In this document: positions 12,410-24,195 of the stretch, one piece after another
How positions within the stretch are numbered: position 1 is the first letter of the stretch
How the letters are laid out: each line of letters begins with the position of its first letter
DNA from: Chiloscyllium plagiosum
Taxonomy: Eukaryota
Assembly: GCF_004010195.1 (NCBI RefSeq)
Contig: NC_057719.1
Span: 77,317,339-77,381,338, forward strand
DNA: 64,000 bases
Direction of reading: 5' to 3'
The notes under the pieces: generated by a model
The model's input: the letters and a program-made list of their open reading frames with translations, nothing else
Databases searched by the model: none
Told to the model about the DNA's origin: nothing
Program-made: the position numbers and the translations under genes

Positions 12410-12782
12410 AACCTGCAGTTCATCTAAGCCTGCGATTCACCTACACTTTCCGCTGCCTTGGGAAAGCAACTGACATATCATTGACCCCTCCCACCCGAGT
12501 TATACTCTCTTCCACCTTCTGTTGGGCAGAAGATATAAAGGTTTGTATACAGGTACACACAGATTCAAGATCAGCTTCTTCCCCATTAATTTCAGACTTT
12601 GAATAGATCTTTTTAATATTAATGTTGATCTCTCTGCACCTTCTCGGCAGCTGTAACATTGTACCCTGCACTCTGTTCTGTTACCCTGATTCACTTGTAG
12701 ATTATGATCTACCTGTAAAACACGTAAGACAATACTTTTCACTGTACCTCGGTAGGCATAACAATAATAAATCAAATCAAAT
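12410..12782 (+). mobile_element. Rex1/Babar-type LINE 3' end
   Basis: YTFRCLGKA..DPSHPSYTLFHLLLGRRYKGLYTGTHRFKISFFP..RLLN C-terminal motif; (aaatc)n tail. Confidence 0.75.
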
Positions 12783-13721
12783 GTTCCTTTTATGGTAATG
12801 TAGCAATCAGTTAGGTGCGGCAGGAACACAACAGTATCCAAAAACAGCACTCACACAAAGAACCAGCACGTTCAATATTATCTCTGTTTTTTTCCCCAGA
12901 CATTTGTGAGTCCAATGGATTGCACAACGCAGTCAAGAAGAACTCAAACGTTTTGGGGTTAGGGAGTGGCAGGGTGGGGGTTGGGGTAGGGATGGAAACA
13001 GTAGGAAACAGCTAACGATTTAATTTGCCATTTTGGGCTGGAACTTTTTTTAAGCCCACTTAGCTCCTCCAACCTGTCCTAACTTTCAAATAGATCATGG
13101 CTGATCTGTATTTCAACTCTGTTTATCCATCCTTATTTGATGTTCCTCGATTTCGTTACCAAACAAAAATCCATCCATCTTCATCTTCAAAATTTCCAAT
13201 GAACCCCTTCCCCACCCCAATCTTTGCAGTGAGAGAATTTTAGATTTTCATTAACTTTTGTTTGAAAAGATACATTGTAATTTTGATTCAAATAGGTTTG
13301 GCGCTGTGGCTCAGTGGTTAGCACTGCTACTTCACAGCACCAGGGTCCCAGGTTTGAGGAAAGTTTGTCCAGCAGGCTAGGATAAAAGGTAGGGAGGAGG
13401 GACTTGGGGGAAGGGTGTCGGAAATGTGATAGGTGGAAAGAGGTAAAGGTGAGGGTGATAGGTCAGACTGGGTGGGGGCGGAGAGGTCAGGAAGAAGATT
13501 GCAGGTTAGGAAGGCGGTGCTGAATTCGATGGATTTGACTGAGACAAGGTGGGGGGAGGGGAAATGAGGAAACTGGTGAAACCCGCGTTCCTGCCTTGTG
13601 GTTGGAGGGTTCCTAGGCAGAAGATGAGGCGCTCTTCCTCCAACCATCATTTTGTTGTGGTCTGGCGATGGAGGAATCCAAAGATCTGCATATCCTTTGT
13701 GGAGTGGGAGGGGGAGTTGAA

Positions 13722-14267
13722 NNNNNNNNNNNNNNNNNNNNNNNNNNNNNNNNNNNNNNNNNNNNNNNNNNNNNNNNNNNNNNNNNNNNNNNNNNNNNNN
13801 NNNNNNNNNNNNNNNNNNNNNNNNNNNNNNNNNNNNNNNNNNNNNNNNNNNNNNNNNNNNNNNNNNNNNNNNNNNNNNNNNNNNNNNNNNNNNNNNNNNN
13901 NNNNNNNNNNNNNNNNNNNNNNNNNNNNNNNNNNNNNNNNNNNNNNNNNNNNNNNNNNNNNNNNNNNNNNNNNNNNNNNNNNNNNNNNNNNNNNNNNNNN
14001 NNNNNNNNNNNNNNNNNNNNNNNNNNNNNNNNNNNNNNNNNNNNNNNNNNNNNNNNNNNNNNNNNNNNNNNNNNNNNNNNNNNNNNNNNNNNNNNNNNNN
14101 NNNNNNNNNNNNNNNNNNNNNNNNNNNNNNNNNNNNNNNNNNNNNNNNNNNNNNNNNNNNNNNNNNNNNNNNNNNNNNNNNNNNNNNNNNNNNNNNNNNN
14201 NNNNNNNNNNNNNNNNNNNNNNNNNNNNNNNNNNNNNNNNNNNNNNNNNNNNNNNNNNNNNNNNNNN
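13722..14267. other. Assembly gap
   Basis: Run of N. Confidence 1.
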
Positions 14268-14563
14268 ACGACGGTTGGAGGAAGAGCGCCTTATCTTCCA
14301 CCTAGGAACCGTCCAACCACAAGGGATGAACTCGGATTTCACCAGTTTCCTCATTCTCCCTCCCCCCACCTTGTCTCAGTCAAATCCATCGAACTCAGCA
14401 CTGCCTTCCTAACCTGCAATCTTCTTCCTGACCTCTCTGCCCCCACCCCAGTCTGACCTATCACCCTCACTTTGACCTCTTTCCACCTATCACATTTCTG
14501 ACGCCCCTCCCCCAAGTCCCTCCTCCCTACCTTTTATCTTAGCCTGCTGGACAAACTTTCCTC

Positions 14564-14599
14564 ATTCCTGAAGAAGGGCTTATGCCCGAAACGTCGATT
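14564..14599 (+). ncRNA. Minimal hammerhead ribozyme motif with intact core
   Basis: CTGAAGA-a-gggc(ttat)gccc-GAAA-cGTC; palindromic ACGT stem III; stem I very short. Confidence 0.65.
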
Positions 14600-15439
14600 C
14601 TCCTGTTCCCTGGATGCTGCCTGACCTGCTGCGCTTTTCCAGCAACACATTTTCAGCTCTGATCTCCAGCATCTGCAGTCCTCACTTTCTCCTCCCAGGT
14701 TTGACTCCAGTCTCGGGCGACTGTCTGTGTTCAGTTTGCACATTCTCCCTGTGTCTGCGTGGGTTTCCTCCCACAGTTCAAAGATGTGTGTGTTAGGTGA
14801 ATTGGCCATGCTAAATTGCCCATAGTTTTAGGTGCATTAGTCAGAGGGGAAGTGGGTCTGTGTGGGTTACTCTTCAGAGGGTCGGTGTGGACTAGTTGGG
14901 CCAAAGGGCCTGTTTCCACACTGTAAGGAATCTAATCTAAATTCATTTCCCTTGAACTTTTAACTTTTAACCCCAGGGCAAAGCACTGCTACCCAGAATT
15001 GAACAAAAACAACTATCAGCTGAGATTAACAGGAGCAGCAGGATAAAATAGTAACCTGCACTTTACATTTCTCTGTCGGCACTTCAAGGATTTATCAGAG
15101 ACTCCGATATCAACTTGTGTGTATGCAGGGTGAGATCACTATAGTTCTTCAGTGGCAGGAGCAAAGGGAGTTTGCTTTAATCAACTTGTTCATTTTCTGA
15201 AAGGGCAAACTATTCTGGAGTAGGCTGAAGGCTTTGCTCTTGTGATATGATGATTACACAGGTTAATGTAAGGCTCAGATTTATACATTTGAATGTTTAA
15301 TCTTACAGTTAGAGCCAAACCTATTGGAATCAAGATTACATGCCTAATCCATTTATTTTGGGCATACATTGAATTTGTCTCAGAAAATAATAGCACAAAG
15401 TAAAATTTCAGGTTTTTAGTTCAGGGAGAAAAGAAAAGT

Positions 15440-15835
15440 TTGGATTTATATTATGTCTTTAATACCCACAGGATGTTCCAAATTTTTTTTACAACCAGTG
15501 AAGTGATTCTGAAGTGTAATCATTGTGATCTAGAAAATACAGCAGTCAATTTCTGCACAAAACTTCCACAAGCACAGAGACCAGATAATGTTTATTGTTG
15601 CTGGTTGATGGACAAGTATAAGCCAGTACAGCAGGAGAACTCCTTATTCATCTTCAGTATTGTGCTGTGGAATCTTTTCAGTCCCTCTGAAGAGGCAGGA
15701 ATCACTTTGGATTAGCATCTCAGCTAAAGGTTGGCCTCTCTGGCAGTGCACGCCCTCCTAATTTCTGTGCTCCCCAAGAACTGGAGTGGGGATTCAATCA
15801 AGCACATTCTGCTTCAGAAGCTTGAGTGCTACACT
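15440..15835 (-). mobile_element. Old Deu-domain/SacSINE-like SINE
   Basis: Reverse-complement similarity to 25225-25650 (agcatctcagctaaagg..ggcctctctggcagtgcac). Confidence 0.6.
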
Positions 15836-17604
15836 TGTTGGGCAGGATTTTCCAAGGAGTAGCAATCGCATGGAGATTGTCACCTGCTCATTATTTTCAA
15901 TGATAAGAAAGAGCTCCACATTTCGGATGGCAAATTCTGATTGGGGGAGGGGAGGAAGGGTTTAAATACCGGGGGAGGGAAAGTCCAATGGTTTTATGCA
16001 CCGGACAGCGTGCAGAGTCGGGTCAGCGTGGGGAGGGTGTAAGAGGATTGAGAGAGGTATCTTTGAGGATAAATTGGGATCAGGTTAATAAGCTACTCAT
16101 TTTTATTGTCCAACCTTTCCTGCATAATTGTTTACTTAAGTGCTTACTGAATTCTTCAATTTAAGTGGGTACATTCAGAGCATTATAGGCATGGGGAATT
16201 GTCCAACGGATTCTTTAATTTCTCAGGCAATTCCATTGGAGTTTGCTGTGTCAGGGACTCTGTCGAGTCCCTATGTGCAACTCCTATCTATACTGTGGCC
16301 ATTGGAAAATCTGGGCCATTGTGTTTTCTCAGCACACAGCTTATCCAGTCGGGCCAAGTGAAGTGAACCATTATATTTTGATTTAAGTTGGCTCTACTCC
16401 ACTAAACCTCAATTTGCTGGAGTCTATAATGTAATTGATATCTTGACTTAATGCCAAGTGTCAGGTGTGGCTTCTGATTTCTTTTTTGATGAGTACCATA
16501 TTCTGTCACTCCCCAATTGAGAAATCCAATACAAACTAATTTAAAACCCATTCATGTCTCAGCCTGATCAAGCAAGGTACGTTCATGGCTCGGTTGCTTT
16601 TGTGCTGAAACCTGTGCAACATAGGAAATAACATCACAGCATCACATGACTAATGGTCAGACACACTGTGTGTGGGGAAAGGTGGCTGTCCTATTGACTT
16701 AGTAAGGTTGTTCATGTGAACTGTTGGTCGTTCTGTAATCTGAATGTTTTATAGAAGGTTAACTTCACTGAAAAATGGATCCAAATTGGCAATCTAAGAT
16801 GAGTACTGTTGCTGTTTTCACTAAGTTGAAATACAGGAGTGATTACCGTTGAACTGGGAAGCGAATTTAGTTTTTACTTAAATCCCTACATCTTTCTAAA
16901 TCAGTGGGTACCATTGTTACTGAATCTCTGCCTACCTTTTTGATGCCCTCTGACCTTGGCTCAACCTGTGATTTTGAACAATTGATGACATAGATGTTTT
17001 TGTTAACCTCATTTAAGGTCTACACCTTACCTAATGAGGTCGTGTGGATGTTAACTTGCACCCATGTCCCAGTTGGTTGATTGCCGAAATAATTTCTGTG
17101 GGTCAATTTGCTTTTGGAGACTACACTTTCATTTCCACCATCTTCCCCAACCCCAGGTCAATTTTACTCAGATGCATAATAACTGGAAGTCCATTGCTTG
17201 TTGTAATTTCCTCTTTACCTGATGCCTTAATGTACTATTTCATGACAGGATTTGTGGTGGGCAACGTAAAGGGCTAGATCCCTGTTCATTCTGCCTCAAA
17301 TTTCAACCATTTTTCTGTCTCAATGATACTGGGATTTCAGGCAAATCTGTCCAGGATACACTTTGACATACATTTACACACAAAGGTTGGTACACTGAGG
17401 TTGAATTTGAGGACCCTGGAGCAACCATGTGATGATGTCATGGCACTGCCCCTGATGAAATGAGTTAGTTAAGTAGAGAGAAACATATGAAGTAGACCAA
17501 CTAGCATTACGTAGTAGAACTCATGGAATAATCTTTCACTAATGTAACAATAAGATTAGAGTTTGGTACTTCTCTGAATGTTGTATTGCAGTATTTAGCA
17601 TTAA

Positions 17605-17772
17605 TATGTGTTTCAATTCCCATCACCTTTTTGAGGTACCATGAAGGACACTCCTTCTCAACCTCTTCCCTCGCCTGAGGTTTGGTAGGCCTCTGGTTAA
17701 ACCACCACCAGTTGCTTCTCTCTCTAATGAGAGAGCAGCCCCTATAGTCTGGCGACACTACAACAACAACAA
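17605..17772 (+). mobile_element. SINE-like repeat with (caa)n tail
   Basis: B-box-like gtttcaattccca, body shared with 8470-8590, tail acaacaacaac. Confidence 0.55.
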
Positions 17773-19084
17773 CAGTATGTGTAAAACATTGTTTTAAAGA
17801 AGCCCAAACCTGAAGACAATTCTTGACCTTGCTTTCTTTTTGACTAGTCTGTCCTGAACTTAAACTCTTGTGTGGTTGTATGGCAATACCCAAAAGAAGA
17901 GACCTTTGGGTTTTATTTTTTGAAGGACACTTTGCAATAAGGAAAATAATGTCAATTCTTTACAGAAAGGAGCAGAAACAAGAATCAGAGTCAAAAGCTT
18001 TGATTCTCCAGCAGCAGTCCTGGTGTTAATCAGACGGCTCAGTGACAAAGTGGACAGAAATTACACCTCCAGAAAGCTACCCACTTTGTGCACTGACACT
18101 GATCAGGGTGAATAGCAGAACTAGTTTCGTCTGTAGCAGATGACTGAATAGCCAATTTAAATATTAATGTGAGGGTAGGTCTCACTGGCGAGTGTGACAT
18201 TATGTACCATTCTTCAATACAGGGCATTCACTTAATTCCGGACTACTTGATATGGCTGTCCATGGTTGCCAAGCATCAGTAATACAAAGGAAAAAGTTAC
18301 AGGAGAAGAGATCTCTTATAGCCAGATTTTTCTTTAAATTATTTGTGTTTTCTCTCTCATGCTGAGCTTTAATGCCAATTGAAATCATTTCATTCCGACC
18401 CCTGCCCACTACAATGATTCCCATCATTGGGCTTCCCACTGTGAGAATCCTAGTTTGTTTCAAGTGTTGGTGATGCAAAGAAGGATGAGAGTCAGGTCAA
18501 GTTAGCAGGTAACAAGCTGTTGGGACCATTTAACAGATATGAACACACTTCAATTAGGCAGGCATGTAAAGCACTTAGAGTTTTGTATCTGAAAGGAAAC
18601 GAGGACAATGGACCACTCACTGCTTACCTTGTCTTTTGTTAACTGTGTCTTCACAAGTGCAGATATGTCCTATCATTATGGACACTGTGTGACAGAAAAT
18701 ACATAGTGATTGATGACCAACGTACCATGATTGGCTACAACTGCTGGGATGCAAATAATTGTTTCTGTAGGTTGTGGCACAACTTCCTGGCAATAATCTT
18801 GGAGAACCGCCTTTTTAGAATTCCACTTTAGAGAGGCAGATGCACTTATAGGATCGGTCAACATAACCGGGAAAGATGAAGATCAAGCTTCAAGTTGTGT
18901 TTGCCTCCATACAATAACAGCATAATGCACAAGAGCACGAGGAGGCCATGAAGGCCATCGAATGTGCTCTGCCATTAAAGAGACCATGGCTGATCTGATC
19001 GTCCACCAACTCCACTTTTCACCATGTTGCAATGGTGCATTGTGGGGATTTTTCAATGTTGCTTCCCAGGGATGGTGTGACATT

Positions 19085-19408
19085 ATAAAAGCACTATACT
19101 GTGGATGCTGGAAAGCTAAAACAAAATCAAACTTCTTGAGTAACTCAGCAGGTCTAGCAAGCATGGGTGGAGAGAGAAACAGAGTTAATGTACTGAGTCT
19201 GGTATGACTTCTTCAGAACTGAATAGTGCTGGAAATTGGTACTGGTGTAATGTTAAACAAAAACTCAGCAGGTCAGGCAGCAACAGCGAAGAGAAATCAG
19301 AGGTAACATTTCAGATCCAGTGACTTTTCACTGATTTCTCTCCACAGACGCTGCCAGACCTGCTGAGTTTTTCCAGCAATTTCTGTTTTTGTTTAACATT
19401 AAACCAGT
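19085..19408. mobile_element. Cluster of old Penelope-end fragments, including a fold-back at 19241-19408
   Basis: gatgctgg...aactcagcaggtc motifs; aaaactcagcaggtc and gacctgctgagtttt are inverted arms; degenerate hammerhead on the minus strand near 19182-19220. Confidence 0.65.
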
Positions 19409-19562
19409 GTTGTTAAAAGTTGTAAAAGAATGATGCAGGCAGACTCTGACAAAACATAAGACACAGCATTAGCCATCTATTTAATATCTATCCTGAAGTG
19501 GAGAGGTAGCTGTAAAACTCCTGAGATCAATGGCCCTTTGCAACGTTCCATCAAACAAAGCA

Positions 19563-19783
19563 ACATTACATCAGTTTAAAAAAAAACAACTAAAAGAACT
19601 GCGGGTGCTGGAAATTATAAACAAAAACAGAAATGACAACATCAGTGAAGAGAAATCAGAGTTAACGTTTCAGGTCCATTGACCCTTCACTGATTTCTTT
19701 CCACAGATGCTGCCATTTCTGCTTTGTTTCTGATTTCCAGCATCCACAGTTCTTTTAGTTGCTTTTCTCAATTGATGTAATGT
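19563..19783. mobile_element. Fold-back Penelope-end-derived element
   Basis: caactaaaagaactgcgggtgctggaaat and atttccagcatccacagttcttttagttg are inverted arms; central gttaacgtttcaggtccattgacccttca hammerhead remnant. Confidence 0.7.
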
Positions 19784-19844
19784 CATTCTTTTACAACTTT
19801 TAACAGTCCCTTATCCCTTCAATCTTGGGTTTTGCCGGGATGAC

Positions 19845-20205
19845 GGGATAGCGGTAATGTCACTGGCCTGACCATTCACTGTTCTAGGCTAATTCATTAG
19901 AAACATGATTTCCAAAGATTCATTGATAGCTGGCAGAATTTAAACTCAATTAACTAGTAAATCCATAGTTAAAAGATGACATAGAAAAGTTGAGCATGAA
20001 ACTATCATTGATTGTTAACTTAAAAAAAAAAGCCATCTGACTTACTAATGTCCTTTGGGGAAGGAAATCTGCCATCGTTACCTGGTGTGGCCAACATGTG
20101 ACTCCAGACCTGCAAGAATATCTTGACTCTTTCCTACTCTCAAGGAGTAGGAAATAGAGATGGGCACTAAATGCTGACCTTGCTAGTGATGCCCTGAATG
20201 AATAT
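19845..20205 (+). mobile_element. tRNA-derived SINE with L2-like tail (family also at 51597 and 57885)
   Basis: Shared core ggaaggaaatctgcc..ttacctgg..tggcc.acatgtgactccagacc; tail aaatgctg..gtgatgccc..gaatgaat. Confidence 0.7.
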
Positions 20206-20694
20206 GAAACAAGAAAGCAAAATTGTTCTGTAGTAGTTTTCAGATGTATTTTCTCCTTTGACAATCCTTTTTATTATCTCCCAGGCTGTAGGCTTTTTAT
20301 TAACATGATATTTTTCACGCCCACCACTGTTGTGTTCCTTATTCCCATCCAAATCTACAGCTACACAACCTTAAATACTGGATGCAAGTAGCACCATTCA
20401 AATCAAGTCTGCTTAAAACCTGACAGGTGTCAGGCTGGCATATCTAATGCCAAAGCTGTAAACTCTGGGCTAGAATCTCTGACTCGCTTTCACGATCATA
20501 GTTTAAAATCACATATTTTATCTTAGTCTTTGATTGCAGTCTGAATATTGTGAAAACCGTCCAGTCTAGGACAAATCGAGATGTGATTGCAGCCTGTTTC
20601 AAGTTTGCAATAATTAGTTCGTGGACACAATTTCACCTTACCAGCAAAATGAAGAGTATGTTGTTATGTGATATAGAACTCTTATCCTTGAAGG

Positions 20695-22600
20695 ATCATA
20701 AAATGGTTACAGACAAAAGGAGACCATTTGATTCACTATAGCTCTCAGAAGGACTGCTATTTCCTGCCATCTACCTGTAGTCCTGCATTTTCTTCCTTTT
20801 CAGACAATAACTGATTCCCTCTTGATTGTGGTGGTAACACGTTCACTTTCACACAATGCATTCCAGATCAATAAAGATGTTTTCTTCATGTTATTTGTTA
20901 AGGACCAGGCCAGACCCCCCTCAAAACACTTCAAGAAAGTAGCCCGGACCCTAACTTTTCTGGTTGTTTTAAGCAGGTGTAAGGTGGATACTCCAGGAGT
21001 GATACAGTTGGCCTAACCACTTAGTTTTAATCAAAACAGAATTAATTTGCAAGATTACCGAATTAAATGCAAACAAAAGAGAATCGAATATAGAATAACT
21101 TAACATGTCCGAAAATCTAACAGATTTTCCCAACTTAATGATGTTGGTCAAACTACTTGCAACAATCCTCAGAAACACCCCTTGGCAAAAAAGGAAAAAT
21201 CAAACTCAGGGTCTTACAGGAGAGAGAGAGATGACACAGAGATTCAGCATGGAACACCACTTTCCATGTAGCTGTTTCTTTGACCAGCAGCCTCAAAACT
21301 GACTGACTACTTGCTCCCACAGCCAGACTGCTAAAACCAAACCAGAGAAAAGTTGAGCTGAGAGAACTGGCCACTTCCCTTTCTTGTACAAGTTCCCAAG
21401 TAGATCAAGCCAGACATTTCGGAGTCTGTGTCTTTATGACCTCCTGAAAAAGTCCAAGGACAAACTAACTTTGTTAAAGGGGAATCATCACACATCATTG
21501 CTTCTTCTGTCAATTATCCTTAAGCTGTGCTCTCTTGTTCTTGATCCTCTACCAATATGAGCATCTTGCAGGTCTAGTCCACTCATGATTTTGAGCACCA
21601 CAGCTTCTCTAATCTACCTATGCCAGTGATGTTAGTTATCCCCACAAACATTTCTCAAATGCCTTCACATCCTTGTATGGTGCTCAGAACTGGACACAAT
21701 ATTCCAGCCAAGACAGACTTGTGTTTTATACAGGCTCAGGATAACTTAGTTGCTTTTGTATTCCATGCCCCTATTGAAAAATCCCAGGATGCTGTCTGTT
21801 TTATCCACTGCTCTCTCAACATGTCCTACCACTTTTAATGTTTTGTAAACATATATGCCTAGATCCCTTTGCTCAGGTACCTCCTTTGGAATTTTATTCA
21901 ACTTTATGTTGTCTGCCATGTTCTTTCAACCAAAATAAATCATTTCACACTTCTTTCTGTTAAATGTCTGTCACTTCTTGTCCATCCATCCCACTAACTT
22001 GCTTATGTCCATTTGGAGTTCTCCAATCTCCTCCTCACAGTTCACAATACATTCAAGTTTTACAACATCTGAAAATTTTAAAATTGTGACCTGTTCACGG
22101 TGGTCTACGTCATTCATTTGTATAATGGAAAGGACAGGGGCCCTAATACCAACCTATGTGGAGCTTCATTATAAATCTTCTTTCAATCTGAAAGAATATC
22201 AATACGTTTTCAGTTTCCTGTTGCCCAGCCAACTTCATAGCCATGTTGCTACTCTCTCTTTTATTCTGGACTTGTGCTCACAAGTCTGTCATGTAGCACT
22301 TTATCAACTGCCTTTTTGGAAATTTTTCTCTCCCAAATCAATGCCATTGCCATCTCATCAACTACTTCAAACAAGTTAGGTAAGTGTAATATGCTTTGAC
22401 AATTTCCATTTGGACAAACCCATGCTCCATTTACTTAATAAGCCTGCATTTGTCCAAGTGACTTTTGAATTCATCCCAAATTTTCTTGCCAAGAACCTTC
22501 TCCATCATGGAGGTTAAACTGACTGACCTGTATTGCTGGGCTTACTGTTACACTCATGTTTGAAGAAGGGTATGATGATTACAAATTTCCAGTCCTTTGG
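20695..22600 (-). mobile_element. Old CR1 RT/3' fragment, split by an LTR-like insertion
   Basis: Reverse-strand CR1 hallmarks (cagaactggacacaatattccag; gttaaactgactgacctgta = YRSVSLT). Confidence 0.7.
20896..21512. mobile_element. Solo-LTR-like insertion
   Basis: About 617 bp TG...CA-bounded non-CR1 segment interrupting a CR1; no clean TSD seen. Confidence 0.5.
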
Positions 22601-22679
22601 CATCTAAGGAAAATTGGAAAAATATGTCCATATCCAATTATAGTTTTGCCCTGCAAATTTTTGATTCCAACTTATTTGG

Positions 22680-23300
22680 GCTAGATCCATTCATACACGT
22701 TGAAGTGAGCTTTTCACCAGTTAATTATTCTTACTCTAGATTGTTCCTTTTCTTTCTCATAGCCAACTCATACCTTATGATATAAAATCTCTAAATGCCT
22801 CTGTGCTGACACTTGATCCACTTAACCGTCCTCATTCTGAAGAACTAGGTCTAGCAATGCCACCTTTCTCATTGGAAAAGCGCAGCAGGTCAGGCAGCAT
22901 CAAAGGAGCAGGAGAATCAACGTTTCGGGCATAAGCCCTTCTTCAGGATGCCCTTCGGCTTATGCCCAAAACGTCGATTCTCCTGCTCCTTTGATGCTTG
23001 CCTGACATGCTGCGCTTTTCCAGCAAAACATTTTTAAGCTCTGATCTCCAGCATCTGCAGTCCTCACTTTCTCCACCTTTCTCATTGGTCTAAAAGCATA
23101 CTGCAGTAGAAATTCTCCTGAACACACTGCAGGAACTCATTTCCTCTTTGCTCTTTAAAATGTCACTATCTCAGTCTACATACAAATATATAAAGTTCTC
23201 CATTATAACCACTCTATAATTTTTGCATCTCTGAAATTTTCTCTCAGGTTTGTTCCTTTTTGTCTTTCTCATTGCTTGGTGTAGTCAATAAGCCACCAAC
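22680..23300 (-). mobile_element. Old CR1 endonuclease fragment hosting a fold-back insertion
   Basis: Reverse strand reads PMRKVALLDLVLQN, like the CR1 PTR..A.LDLVL motif. Confidence 0.55.
22876..23072. mobile_element. Short fold-back Penelope-end element with hammerhead motif
   Basis: Inverted arms about 22874-22937 and 22958-23021; hammerhead at 22915-22948 on the minus strand; 16 bp TSD ccacctttctcattgg at 22860-22875 and 23073-23088. Confidence 0.9.
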
Positions 23301-23449
23301 CAATGTAATCAATGCAACAAAACCATGGTACAATTGGAATTATCATTAGCAACTCCACAGGACAACATACTTCCAATAATAAATGAAAAATCTGCCATCT
23401 TTTGTGGAGGCCATGTTTGCTTCACTTTCTGCAGTACATTTCTCCAAGT

Positions 23450-24148
23450 AAGGAGAAAGTGAGGACTGCAGATGCTGGAGATCAGAGCTGAAAATGTGTT
23501 GCTGGAAAAGCACAGCTGGTCAGGTAGCATCCAAGGAACAGGAGAATCGACGTTTCGGGCATGAGCCCTTCTTCAGGAATGAGGAAAGTGTGTCCAGTAG
23601 GCTAAGATAAAAGGTAGAGATGGGGCTAATGCCCGAAACGTCGATTCTCCTGTTCCCTAGATGCTGCCTGACCTGCTGCGCTTCTCCAGCAACACATTTC
23701 CATCTCTGATCTCCAGCATCTGCAGACCTCATTTTCTCTTCTAAGATAAAAGGTAGGGAGGAGGGATTTGGGGGAGGGGCTTTGGAAATGCAATAGGTGG
23801 AAGGAGGTCAAGGTGAGGGTGATAGGCCGGAGTTGGGGTGGGGGCGGAGAGGTCAGGAAGAAGATTGCAGATTAGGACGGCGGTGCTGAGTTCGAGGGAT
23901 TTGACTGAGACAAGGTGGGGGGAGGGGAAATGAGGAAACTGGAGAATTCTGAGTTCATCCCTTGTGGTTGGAGGGTTCCTAGGTGGCAGATGAGGCGCTC
24001 TTCCTCAACCGTCGTGTTGCCATGGTCTGGCGATGGAGGAGTCCAAAGGGCCTGCATATCCTTGGTGGAGTGGGAGGGGGAGTTAAAGTGTTGGGCTACG
24101 GGGTGGTTGGGTTGGTTGGTCCGGGTGTCCCAGAGGTGTTCTCTGAAA
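23450..24148 (-). mobile_element. Penelope-like element (subfamily A) 3' part
   Basis: FREHLWDTRTNQPNHPVAQHFNSPSH...EEERLICHLGTLQPQGMN; intact hammerhead core at 23545-23580 on the minus strand. Confidence 0.9.
23618..23740 (+). mobile_element. Penelope terminal fragment nested, inverted, inside a same-family copy
   Basis: 16 bp TSD ctaagataaaaggtag at 23602-23617 and 23741-23756. Confidence 0.85.
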
Positions 24149-24195
24149 GACAAGAACAAATCAGAACTGAAGAGAATGGGCACGTATAACTCTGC

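Larger units (their letters stand above)
13358..14692. mobile_element. Penelope-like element (subfamily A) with inverted arms around a gap
   Basis: 13356-13650 is the reverse complement of 14270-14565; GIY-YIG C-terminal RRLEEERLIFHLGTVQPQGMN; 12 bp TSD tcccaggtttga at 13346-13357 and 14693-14704. Confidence 0.9.
13300..14940 (+). mobile_element. HE1-type tRNA-derived SINE, split by a Penelope insertion
   Basis: Head gtggctcagtggttagcactgct at 13306-13328; body resumes at 14693; CR1-like tail ending aatctaatcta. Confidence 0.9.

Noticed and set aside
13300..13357. tRNA-like A/B boxes here and at 25225, 46628, 52338 and 59255
   Set aside because: These are SINE heads continuing into SINE bodies, with no complete cloverleaf, so they are not tRNA genes.
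17966..18110. Plus-strand exon-like segment (KGAETRIRVKSFDSP...)
   Set aside because: Weak pyrimidine tract and donor and no recognisable product; not distinguishable from chance.
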